From NCBI GenBank assembly GCA_039715015.1, contig JBDLIE010000014.1:1-64000 (forward strand): a DNA stretch of 64,000 nucleotides. The letters are read 5' to 3'. The notes under the pieces are model-generated. The model ran no database searches and had not been told where the DNA came from. It was given only the letters and a program-made list of their open reading frames with translations. Numbering within the stretch: position 1 is the first letter of the stretch; the number at the start of each line of letters is the position of its first letter. Both the position numbers and the translations under genes were made by a program. Positions 1-8,758 of the stretch are shown here, in pieces. The stretch is from Thermodesulfobacteriota bacterium (lineage in GTDB: Bacteria > Desulfobacterota > Desulfobulbia > Desulfobulbales > SURF-16).

Positions 1-97
1 GATCAAAGTCATCAAAAGAATGGCTTACGGCTATAGAGACAACGAATATTTCTTCCTGAAAATCAAAGCTGCTTTCCACGGTAATCCGTGATGAACC
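1..97 (+). mobile_element. Right end of an ISL3-family insertion sequence (transposase C-terminus 2..91 plus terminal inverted repeat ending GATGAACC)
   Basis: Frame 2 reads IKVIKRMAYGYRDNEYFFLKIKAAFHGNP*, typical of the ISL3 transposase C-terminus (KxIKRxAYG[YF]R). The end reads GGTTC on the reverse strand. An AT-rich 8-mer (TTATTAAA) follows as a candidate target. Confidence 0.88.
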
Positions 98-531
98 TTA
101 TTAAAGGCAATGGCCATGATGGCCGAGGCCGTGTAGGGGCCAATACCGGGCAGTTGCAATAGTTGCTGATAACTCTCCGGCACAACTGCGCCCTGCTTGG
201 CGAGAATCTTGGCGCTCTTGTGGAGGTTGCGGGCCCGACTGTAATAGCCTAAGCCCTCCCACATCTTCAGCAGTTCATCCTCTCCGGAGCGAGCCAAGCT
301 GACAATATCGGGGAACCGCTTAATAAATTTTGAAAAATAATTAACCACCCTGTCCATCTGGGTCTGCTGGAGCATAATCTCTGAAACCCAAACATGGTAA
401 GGCGCATAGGTCCGGCGCCAGGGCAGGTCCCGCTCGTGGCCATTAAACCATGCAAGCAAACGGTTGGTAAAATCTTTTTGAAGAGAGAGAAGAGATGTCA
501 TCGGGGGAGTTAAATTGTTTTCATCTTCCAT
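98..531 (-). pseudogene. mutY: A/G-specific adenine glycosylase MutY, N-terminal part, interrupted by ISL3
   Basis: RDLPWR, VWVSEIMLQQT, WEGLGYYSRARNL and the HhH motif LPGIGPYTA are present. Homology stops at ...AIAFNK, exactly at the IS end and before the VDGNV and Fe-S motifs. Confidence 0.9.
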
Positions 532-635
532 GGATTAAACTGTCACATTGCCATTGTCGAATTATCCTGCAACCATTACTTTAGGTGGCCATGTCCCCAC
601 CTAAAAACGTCATACACCAAAAGGCAAGCATTAAC

Positions 636-1325
636 ATGGAGCCCATTGCCCTTATCCGCTCCTGCTTTACCGATAAATTCGGCATCCCCCGCCAACCGGG
701 GCTGGTGCCTGCTGCCACGGCTCGCCTGGAGATGCTGCCGCCCTATAACCGGCCCGAGGCAATGGAAGGGCTGGACGAATTCTCCCATATCTGGGTCTTT
801 TTTCTCTTTCATCAGGCCGTCTGCCGAGGCTGGAAACCAACGGTGCGGCCACCGCGCCTGGGCGGCAATAAACGAGTGGGTGTCTTTGCCAGCCGCTCGC
901 CGCAACGTCCCAATTTTATCGGCAGCTCAGTGGTCCGCCTGGACAAAATATCTCGTGAATCTAAGTCCGTGGTCATCCACGTCTCTGGAGTTGATTTCCT
1001 CGACCAGACACCCGTCCTGGACATCAAGCCATATGTGCCTTACAGTGACGCCGAGTCAGCAGCGACCTCCGGCTATGCCCCGGAACCAACACCCTCCTTT
1101 GACATCATTTTCAGCCCTGAAGTTCTCCATTTTTGTCAGAAATACGAACAGAGAACAGAACGCAAGCTGCAGGAGCTTATTGAGCAGATCTTAGGTCAAG
1201 ACCCCCGGCCCGCCTATCATGAAAATAACAGGGAGTATGGCATGACTCTCTGGGACCTGAACATCCGTTTCGCCTGCCACAAGAGCACCTTCACGGTCAA
1301 CAGCATTAGCGCAGTTTCAGAATAA
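636..1325 (+). CDS. trmO: tRNA t6A37 N6-methyltransferase TrmO (TsaA/YaeB family)
   Basis: KFGIPRQPGL, VRPPRLGGN, GVFASRSPQRPN, TPVLDIKPYVPY, QDPRPAY motifs. The start is uncertain (591 or 636). Confidence 0.9.
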   Translation: MEPIALIRSCFTDKFGIPRQPGLVPAATARLEMLPPYNRPEAMEGLDEFSHIWVFFLFHQAVCRGWKPTVRPPRLGGNKRVGVFASRSPQRPNFIGSSVVRLDKISRESKSVVIHVSGVDFLDQTPVLDIKPYVPYSDAESAATSGYAPEPTPSFDIIFSPEVLHFCQKYEQRTERKLQELIEQILGQDPRPAYHENNREYGMTLWDLNIRFACHKSTFTVNSISAVSE

Positions 1326-1360
1326 AAAAACACTCACCATAAGTGGCATAGAGGTTGCCC

Positions 1361-2233
1361 ATGGATATTGATAAAATCATAAAGCAATTCACCAGCACTC
1401 AGGAGGGGAAATTCCCCAAACCTGCTCTGCAGGCCGCTGTGGCTCAGAAAAAAGAGATCACCCCCCATCTTCTCAACCTGCTTTCTCTGGCTGCAAAGGA
1501 TATCGATGCCCTGGCCAAAAGGAGAAATGACAACGGCTTTCTCTATGCCATGTTTCTCCTGGCCCAGTTTCAAGAGAAGAAGGCCTTGCAACCTCTACTC
1601 GATTTTTTCTCCACCCCGGGCCAAACGGCCATAGCCCTCACCGGCGATGTGGTTACTGAAAGTCTGGGCCAGCTCTTGGCCGGGGTGAGCGGTGGAGATA
1701 TCGCACCCATCAAGGCCATGATTGAAAACAGCGCCATCGCCCCCTTTGTCAGGGGAGCTGGACTGGAGGCCCTGCTTTGCCTGGTGGCCTGGGGAGAAAC
1801 AAGCCCCACGGAAGTGATGGCCTACTTCAACGAACTTCTCGATGGTAAGCTTGAACGAGAGCCCTGCCATGCCTGGAATTATCTGGCCGAGGCAGTGAGC
1901 CGCCTCTGTGGCCCCGATTTCCTTGGACCACTCCAAAAAGCCTATGATCAGGGGCTGATCAGCCCCCTCTATATGAGCTGGGACGATGCCGAGAAAATGT
2001 TGAACCGGCCCGTCAAAGAAAACCAGGAGGACCTGGAAAACGATGCCGGACTGCGGGCCATTACCAATGTGGTGGCGGAGATGGAAGGCTGGGCCTGTTT
2101 TCGTCCCCAGGACCAGCGCCTTCATCGTCAGGGAACAGGCCAGCCCGTTCTTCATCCCGACAAGACCGGACGTAATGAGCCATGCCCTTGCGGCAGCGGT
2201 AAAAAGTATAAAAAATGTTGCTTGGCTAAGTGA
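1361..2233 (+). CDS. DUF1186-like protein with C-terminal SEC-C motif
   Basis: YAMFLLAQF and GDVVTE segments. C-terminal [18 protein letters not shown]. Confidence 0.85.
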   Translation: MDIDKIIKQFTSTQEGKFPKPALQAAVAQKKEITPHLLNLLSLAAKDIDALAKRRNDNGFLYAMFLLAQFQEKKALQPLLDFFSTPGQTAIALTGDVVTESLGQLLAGVSGGDIAPIKAMIENSAIAPFVRGAGLEALLCLVAWGETSPTEVMAYFNELLDGKLEREPCHAWNYLAEAVSRLCGPDFLGPLQKAYDQGLISPLYMSWDDAEKMLNRPVKENQEDLENDAGLRAITNVVAEMEGWACFRPQDQRLHRQGTGQPVLHPDKTGRNEPCPCGSGKKYKKCCLAK

Positions 2234-2253
2234 AATTATTATTGATGGCGGCT

Positions 2254-2336
2254 GTAGGAGCTCACCCCTGTGAGCGATAAGAAGGGCCCGGAGCATAAGG
2301 GATCAGCTCTTTATCGCCCGGAGGCCGGGCTCCTAC
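2254..2336. repeat. GTAG-type REP doublet (inverted pair, REPIN-like)
   Basis: GTAGGAGCTCACCCCTGTGAGCGAT ... ATCGCCCGGAGGCCGGGCTCCTAC. Homologous copies at 49594, 54505, 57967 and 61797. Confidence 0.85.
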
Positions 2337-2453
2337 TAAAGAAAATATCGAATGTCGACCAGGTAAGCGAGACTCCGGGAAATTTCGAACCGCAGCAGTG
2401 AAAAAGCCTTCCCCTCCTTCGATATCCAGAGTTCTTTGTTCGGAATTGGTCAT

Positions 2454-3332
2454 TCACTCCCGCATCTTAGGAGCCAGATTTCTTTTCTTGGTATGGCGGG
2501 CAATGCGGGCCATTTTTCTGAGAATCCAGGCGTACTGCAGACGACTGTAAAGAGATGCCTTGCCGGTGCCCTTGTACGCCGTAAAGAAAAAGCGCCGATC
2601 CTCTTCGTCAAAAAGAGAGGAGGGCAGGGTGAAAAAAAACTCGGCCAGGGCCTTGATCGGCCAGCGAAAAGCCATCAGAGGGTTGCTGTCCACCCTTTGT
2701 AAATCAAACAATGCCACCTGGGGATGGTCTTCATCAAGGCCGGCAAGGAGGACATGGGTGGCATTAAAATCCTTCTGGTTGCAGCCAGCGTTATGCATGT
2801 CCCGGGCATAGCGGGCCACAGCCCTCAGTATCTTTTTTTTGCGGCCTCCATTCTCCATGCCCTGCAGGCTCTCCGGCTGATTTAAAACGACTTCCTCAAG
2901 GTCGACAAAGGGGGCAAAGTCCCTGGTGATGAGAAAGGAGCGTACCTGGCCGGCTATATCTCGCGCCATGCCCGCGGCAATGGGCACAGCCGTGGCCAGA
3001 CCCCGGCTGCGGAAATCACAGTAATTGCTAAATTCTTTCAGGCCTTCACTCTGTTCGGCTTGGCTTTCTTTCTGCTCATGCTTCTTGATAAAGAGGGCCT
3101 CTTGCCGCCCGGAATCGTGGGGATCGGCCAACTCTATCCGGCGAATTTCCAGACCGGGCCGTTCCTTAATGACCTCGCCCTCCCTGCATTGCCAGATCGC
3201 CTGAAAATCGTCAAAGCCTGATTCCTGCAAAAAAGGGAGCCACTGCTGATTGACTCGAAGTATGAAGTCCGCTGAGGAGACAAGCTCCTTAACCTCAATT
3301 TCAGCCCGGTAATTTACAGCAATCTCTGTCAT
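2454..3332 (-). CDS. Lipopolysaccharide kinase (Kdo/WaaP/InaA family)
   Basis: LFIKKH, MHNAGCNQKDFNATHV and FDLQR kinase-like motifs; LPS cluster context. Confidence 0.8.
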   Translation of the reverse strand: MTEIAVNYRAEIEVKELVSSADFILRVNQQWLPFLQESGFDDFQAIWQCREGEVIKERPGLEIRRIELADPHDSGRQEALFIKKHEQKESQAEQSEGLKEFSNYCDFRSRGLATAVPIAAGMARDIAGQVRSFLITRDFAPFVDLEEVVLNQPESLQGMENGGRKKKILRAVARYARDMHNAGCNQKDFNATHVLLAGLDEDHPQVALFDLQRVDSNPLMAFRWPIKALAEFFFTLPSSLFDEEDRRFFFTAYKGTGKASLYSRLQYAWILRKMARIARHTKKRNLAPKMRE

Positions 3333-4468
3333 TATCCTCGCTCTCTCGCCTTGGCAATCTTCTCAAGGATATCGACCACCACTTGGGGCCGGTTACCAAG
3401 GTCGTTTTGCTCACTATAAGCCAGGGCATTCTGCTGCCATGTCTGGCGCCGGGGGGAACTCATCATCTCGGCCAAGGCGGCATCCATCTCTTCCTGGCGA
3501 AAGGGAAGGCAACCAACCACCCGGCCGCTGCCGGCCTGTAAGACATGCTCGCTATAACCGCAGGTCTCGGTGGCCAGTACCGGCACCCCAGCCACCAAGG
3601 CCTCGACAATGGCATTGCCCGTATTTTCGGTAAGCGAAGGCTGGAGCAGGAAATCGGCTGCAGCCAGAAAACGGGGCACATCATCGCGCCCCCCCAGAAA
3701 ACGGACCTGTTCAGCCACACCAAGCCTGGCAGCAAGCTTCTCGTAGGGCCTTTGCTTGCCTCGGCCAATGACATAAAGAAAGCTGTGATTCCGGATGTTC
3801 CCGGGCAGGGCAGCCAGGGCTCGGATGGAACGTTCCACTCCCTTTGTGTGAAAATTAGAACCGATCATCAACAGCAGGTTGTCCTTGTCCTCCAGACCCA
3901 GCTCCTGACGGAGCTGAAGACGGTTCTCCGGGCTCAGCTGGTTACGGATAGCCTCGACATCCACCCCGGGCGGGCCATAATAGAAACGATCATCAGGGGT
4001 GTTGAAGGCAGCCTGGTAATTTCGTTTCTCCTGACTGGCAAGATAGATGATATCGGTGCCTGCATCAGGGGAAAAAACTGCCTCCTCAAAGGCAGAGAGC
4101 TGGCGATACCTGGGGGTGAGTTTGGAGAGAAAGCTACGCTGACGGGCAATGCGGGCCCGGTAGCAGACGTCGGCGGCGTAATAGATATCCAGATCCGGCA
4201 TCTTATTAAAACCAAGCACCAGATCATGGCGGCTTGTTGCCAGTTCGGTCTGCAGATTACGATGAAAATGAGCCGCCCGGCCATGGTTGCTTCGCCCGCC
4301 AGCCTTGACCAGGTGAAGATTGAGTCCTTGCGGCCTTTCTCCCTGCCAGCTTAGGGTATAGACATCGATGCTATGGCCCCGGCCCATACATTCCCGGCTA
4401 ATCGCCATGAAATCGCGCTCCAGGCCACCAAAGGGGAAATAATTAAAGAGACAAAAGGCAAGATTCAT
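3332..4468 (-). CDS. waaG: GT4 glycosyltransferase, WaaG/RfaG-like LPS core glucosyltransferase
   Basis: AFCLFNYFPFGGLERDF N-terminus, GFNKMP, YYAADVC and ENTGNAIVEA match WaaG features. Confidence 0.75.
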   Translation of the reverse strand: MNLAFCLFNYFPFGGLERDFMAISRECMGRGHSIDVYTLSWQGERPQGLNLHLVKAGGRSNHGRAAHFHRNLQTELATSRHDLVLGFNKMPDLDIYYAADVCYRARIARQRSFLSKLTPRYRQLSAFEEAVFSPDAGTDIIYLASQEKRNYQAAFNTPDDRFYYGPPGVDVEAIRNQLSPENRLQLRQELGLEDKDNLLLMIGSNFHTKGVERSIRALAALPGNIRNHSFLYVIGRGKQRPYEKLAARLGVAEQVRFLGGRDDVPRFLAAADFLLQPSLTENTGNAIVEALVAGVPVLATETCGYSEHVLQAGSGRVVGCLPFRQEEMDAALAEMMSSPRRQTWQQNALAYSEQNDLGNRPQVVVDILEKIAKARERG

Positions 4469-5358
4469 GGGGCGCTCTGCTCCATGGCAGCAAGTTCCTT
4501 GATAAGTTGGCCAAGACTTTCTGGGAGTTCGGGCATGCGGATCTGGTAATCATCGGCCAGCTTCTGGCAGTCAAGCACCGACGAGGCCGGTCGTTTGGCC
4601 GGGGTGGGGTATTGCTCTGAGGTAAGGGCGATAACCTTCTCCACCTGGTGCGAAATCTTACCCTGCCCCAGGCCAAAGAGCGTTTCCGCAAAGCCATGCC
4701 AGCTGGTGGCTGTGGCCCCACAGCAATGGTAGGTTCCCCAGTAGTGTGGCCCGATTTTGATTTTAGCCGCCAGGTCAAGCAAAACACCGGCCAGGTCAGC
4801 CGCTGAGGTGGGACAGCCCCACTGGTCGGCCACCACCCTCAACTCCTTATGCTCTTTGGCCAAGCGGAGCATGGTCTTAACAAAATTATGGCCGTGAACG
4901 CCGTAGACCCAAGAGGTCCGAAGAATAAGATGCTCTGCCAGCCGGGCGCGCACCTCCTGCTCCCCAGCCTCCTTACTGGAGCCGTAAACACCTAGGGGTG
5001 AAACTGCATCTTCTTCACTATAGGGCCGGTCAGCTGTACCGTCAAAGACGTAATCGGTGGAAAGATGGATAAGGGGTATCTGGTTCCCATTACAGGCCTC
5101 TGCCAGCCAGGCTGGGCCGTCACGATTGACCGCATAGGCCTTTTCTTCTTCCTCTTCGGCCTGATCCACCGCTGTATAGGCGGCGCAGTTTATGACCAGA
5201 GCCGCCCCGCTGGCAGCCACAATTTCGATAACCGCCAGGCGGTTAGTGATATCCAAGGCCGCATGATCAAAACCGAGAATCTCCACCCCCCGCTCTTCAC
5301 CCTGACGCCTTAATTCCCACCCCACCTGGCCATTTATGCCGGTCACAAGAATTTTCAT
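4465..5358 (-). CDS. rfbD: dTDP-4-dehydrorhamnose reductase
   Basis: GINGQVG, NCAAYTAVDQAE, STDYVFDG, YGSSK, RTSWVYG, PTPAKRP. Confidence 0.95.
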   Translation of the reverse strand: MKILVTGINGQVGWELRRQGEERGVEILGFDHAALDITNRLAVIEIVAASGAALVINCAAYTAVDQAEEEEEKAYAVNRDGPAWLAEACNGNQIPLIHLSTDYVFDGTADRPYSEEDAVSPLGVYGSSKEAGEQEVRARLAEHLILRTSWVYGVHGHNFVKTMLRLAKEHKELRVVADQWGCPTSAADLAGVLLDLAAKIKIGPHYWGTYHCCGATATSWHGFAETLFGLGQGKISHQVEKVIALTSEQYPTPAKRPASSVLDCQKLADDYQIRMPELPESLGQLIKELAAMEQSAP

Positions 5359-5394
5359 CTACTAGTTTTTTTAGTCTCCAGAATCAACAGAAAC

Positions 5395-6135
5395 TTAAAA
5401 ATTCTTATAAAAACGATCGTCACCTATCTCCTGGAATTTTGTATAGCCCCGCGGGGCCATGAACCCTTCGATGGTTTCCAAATTTTCGGCAAAGACCTCC
5501 ACCTGCAGCAGACAGCTATTTTCACCAAGTAACTCCTGCATGCCTTGCAGGGCATCGAGTTCATGACCTTCAACATCCATCTTGATATAAATTTTCTGGC
5601 CCTCATAATGAAACTCATCATCAAAGCGCGCGATGTGGATGGTGGTCTTTTGGTAATCCTTATTCTTGGTGGAGGAGGGTGCGGTCTTTTCAATGCGCGA
5701 CTTGCCGGTACTACTGCCACGCTGCTGGAGGAATTCCACCGCCCCAGACTCATTGCTTAATCCGACATCGTGGACTTCGATGAGATTGACGAAATCATTC
5801 AAGAGGATATTGGCCCGAAACTGATAGTTGTTACGCTGATCCGGCTCAAAGGACAAAATAGTTGTCACCTTGCCGATCTTGGCGGCCAACAGGGAATAGA
5901 GGCCAATATTGGCACCGACATCAACGAACATGTCAAAATTATTTTGCCTTAGCGCCGTAACAAAATGGGCAAGCTGACGTTCTTCGTACGGTTCCTTGAT
6001 AATCAAACGCCTATCGATATAGTTTGCATAGTTGAGCAGGAGAACAAGACCCAGCCGTTTATAGACCTTTAAGCTGCTTCTGGCCCCGTAATTTCGGTAA
6101 ATAATTTTCCGGATTTTCTTTTCAAATTTAGTCAT
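5395..6135 (-). CDS. FkbM-family methyltransferase
   Basis: DVGANIGLYS, FEP and IKMDVEGHE motifs. Confidence 0.9.
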   Translation of the reverse strand: MTKFEKKIRKIIYRNYGARSSLKVYKRLGLVLLLNYANYIDRRLIIKEPYEERQLAHFVTALRQNNFDMFVDVGANIGLYSLLAAKIGKVTTILSFEPDQRNNYQFRANILLNDFVNLIEVHDVGLSNESGAVEFLQQRGSSTGKSRIEKTAPSSTKNKDYQKTTIHIARFDDEFHYEGQKIYIKMDVEGHELDALQGMQELLGENSCLLQVEVFAENLETIEGFMAPRGYTKFQEIGDDRFYKNF

Positions 6136-6357
6136 AAAATACCATTCTGCTGAATCTTGACCCAAGGCTGGCAGGACACCCATTTTTATTATCGCATTAT
6201 TTACTGTAATAGTTGCCTTATGGCCAGCCCATCACGTTAAAAAACTGAATTTATCTCCCGTAACCAGCGCGCTCTTAAGCCGCATGCCCGTCTTTCTCTC
6301 TTGCCCTGCCTGGCGCTCTATTATATATAAGGAAAATACTTCAATCAGGAGATAAAA

Positions 6358-7650
6358 ATTAACAAGAAATCTGTTCATACATCCTACAAGCTATCCACTC
6401 GCCTGGCCCTGCGCCTCTACCAATGGCTCTGGTTTTTTGTTCTCCCCTGCCTCCGCCTCAGCAAGCGGCTCCGGATCGGATTCGATCAGCGCACCCTGCA
6501 TACGCCTCCGCCCAAGGCCGACCTCTGGATCCAGGCCGCTTCGGTTGGAGAGGCCTTTCTGGCCGGGGAACTTGTCAAAAAACTCCAGTTCCCGGCACAA
6601 ACCTCTATTCTCCTGACCAGCAGCACAAGTCAGGGCTTTGACATACTTCAAAAAATAGTCTCTGAGGATTTCGGCGCTAACAAAAAAATTAGCGCGGCCT
6701 ACTTCCCCTTTGACAGGCCCTTTATCATGAACAAAGCCTTGACCATGATAGCCCCCCGGGCCATGATTCTACTGGAAAGTGAACTCTGGCCCGGCCTCAT
6801 GTCCGGCTGCAAGAGGCAAAGTATAAAATTATTGGTGGTTAATGGCCGCATGACCCAGCGCAGCTTGAACCGCTACCTGCGCTGGCCCACCATCTGGCGC
6901 GAGCTCCGGCCCGATGCTGTTCTGGCCATGTCCGAGGCCGACAGCCAGCGCTTTGCCGCTCTCTTTGGTGAGGATATTGTCGGCACCATGGCCAATATAA
7001 AATTTGACCGGATCCAGCCCCAGAAAAAAGAGGCCTCCCAGGAAAACAACCCCCTCCTATCTTTTCTTGATACTGATGAGGCATTTCTGGTCTTAGGATC
7101 CGTACGCCAAGAGGAAGAGGACGAGGTCGCACACCTTCTGGCCCATCTGCATGAGCAAAACGATAATCTAATTATTGGCCTTTTCCCACGCCATATGCAC
7201 AGACTGCCCCACTGGCAAAAGAAACTGAGCGACCTCAAACTGCCCTGGCAACTCCGATCGCACCGCACAACAAAAGCATCCCCAGGCACCATAATTCTTT
7301 GGGACAGCATGGGCGAACTGGAGAATGCCTATGACCTGGCCCGCACCGCCTTTGTCGGTGGTAGCCTGGCGCCGGTGGGTGGTCAAAACTTCCTGGAACC
7401 TTTGAGCTGCGGCATCCGACCTGTGATAGGTCCTCATTGGACCAATTTTGCCTGGATCGGCAGGGAGATCATCGATCAGGGCCTTGTCCATGAGGCCAAA
7501 GACTGGCAGGAAGTCGCCAGTTATCTTTTAGAAAATGTGCAAATCTCCCCCAAACGTCGGCAAACCCAAAACGACCTACAGGATTTTGTCAGCAGCCGTC
7601 AGGGCGGCACGCAGACGGCATGTCAAAAAATTAATGACATACTTCTCTAA
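6358..7650 (+). CDS. waaA: Kdo transferase WaaA (KdtA); start placed at a non-canonical ATT
   Basis: The open frame upstream of the ORF-track start (6727) encodes LWIQAASVGE and YFPFD. Downstream motifs ESELWP, VNGRM, NIKFD, PRH, FVGGSL, GGQNFLEP. SD AGGAG at 6347-6351. Confidence 0.85.
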   Translation: MNKKSVHTSYKLSTRLALRLYQWLWFFVLPCLRLSKRLRIGFDQRTLHTPPPKADLWIQAASVGEAFLAGELVKKLQFPAQTSILLTSSTSQGFDILQKIVSEDFGANKKISAAYFPFDRPFIMNKALTMIAPRAMILLESELWPGLMSGCKRQSIKLLVVNGRMTQRSLNRYLRWPTIWRELRPDAVLAMSEADSQRFAALFGEDIVGTMANIKFDRIQPQKKEASQENNPLLSFLDTDEAFLVLGSVRQEEEDEVAHLLAHLHEQNDNLIIGLFPRHMHRLPHWQKKLSDLKLPWQLRSHRTTKASPGTIILWDSMGELENAYDLARTAFVGGSLAPVGGQNFLEPLSCGIRPVIGPHWTNFAWIGREIIDQGLVHEAKDWQEVASYLLENVQISPKRRQTQNDLQDFVSSRQGGTQTACQKINDILL

Positions 7651-7739
7651 AAGCAACGGGGTATTTTCTGACAAAAATGGTATGTTAGCTGCGTCACAAA
7701 ACAATTACCTAGCCACCTTAGCCAAAGCAAAATCACAGC

Positions 7740-8510
7740 ATGACCGCCCTGCCCAAATGTTACGGCATTATCCCAACACGCTACGCCTCCTCCCGCTTTA
7801 AGGGAAAGCCCTTGGCCCCCATCCTCGGGAAACCGATGATCTGGCACGTCTACAGCCGGGCCCGGCAATGTTCCGAACTGGCACAGGTGGTGTTGGCCAC
7901 GGACGATGAACGGATCTATACTGCTGCCCAAGAACTTGACATCCCTGTTCTCATGACCAGTACAGAACATTCCTGCGGTACTGAGCGGGTCCTGGAGGCG
8001 GCCCAAATCCTCAAGGTGCCGGCTGACGGAGTCATCCTTAACATCCAGGGAGACGAACCAGCCCTGGAGCCGGAGATGCTTAGGGAGCTCCTTGCCCCCT
8101 TCACCGACCCTGCGGTTCAGGTCACCACTCTGGCCCATGAGATTACGGCTGAGCAGGCCCAGGACCCGGACCTTGTCAAGGTGGTCCTGGGCCAGAACCA
8201 GAAAGCCCTCTACTTTTCAAGGTCCCCTATCCCCTATCCCCGTGACGGCAAAGACAGTCCCTATTTGGGCCACATCGGCCTCTACGGTTTTCGGATGCAA
8301 ACCCTGGAAAAATTTGTCGGCCTGGAAAAAGGGGCCTTGGAGCAGAGGGAAAAGCTCGAACAGCTCCGTCTTCTTGAGAATGGCTTTGCAATCCAGGTGG
8401 CCCAAACCACCCATAAGGGGTACGGTGTGGACCGCCCCGAAGACATTGCTGTTGTTGAGGGAATTTTAAAGGGAAAAAGTCTGGTAACCTCAGACAACCT
8501 TCACGAATAA
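7740..8510 (+). CDS. kdsB: CMP-Kdo synthetase (3-deoxy-manno-octulosonate cytidylyltransferase)
   Basis: [44 protein letters not shown]. Confidence 0.95.
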   Translation: MTALPKCYGIIPTRYASSRFKGKPLAPILGKPMIWHVYSRARQCSELAQVVLATDDERIYTAAQELDIPVLMTSTEHSCGTERVLEAAQILKVPADGVILNIQGDEPALEPEMLRELLAPFTDPAVQVTTLAHEITAEQAQDPDLVKVVLGQNQKALYFSRSPIPYPRDGKDSPYLGHIGLYGFRMQTLEKFVGLEKGALEQREKLEQLRLLENGFAIQVAQTTHKGYGVDRPEDIAVVEGILKGKSLVTSDNLHE

Positions 8511-8758
8511 AACATCCAGAGGCCTCCAGACAAAACAGGGGAAGGTGGCACAAAACCCCCTTCCGTCCACAAGCCTTATTCTCAAGAATCTTTCTTACCC
8601 CTTTTATAACAAGCCTCTCACAGTATCAAGAACTTGTAAATTCAAGCAAGAGGAGGTATCATGTGCATCCAGTCCTTACTCCCAAGCCTTGAGCTGCATT
8701 CATAATTTCTATAACAAGTTTCCTTAACACTCCAATCTGCCACAGGATTTTTTACTTT

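Noticed and set aside
31..97. C-terminal tail VHHGLPWKAALIFRKKYSLSL of the 166 aa MutY ORF
   Set aside because: It is read-through into the ISL3 end, not MutY sequence.
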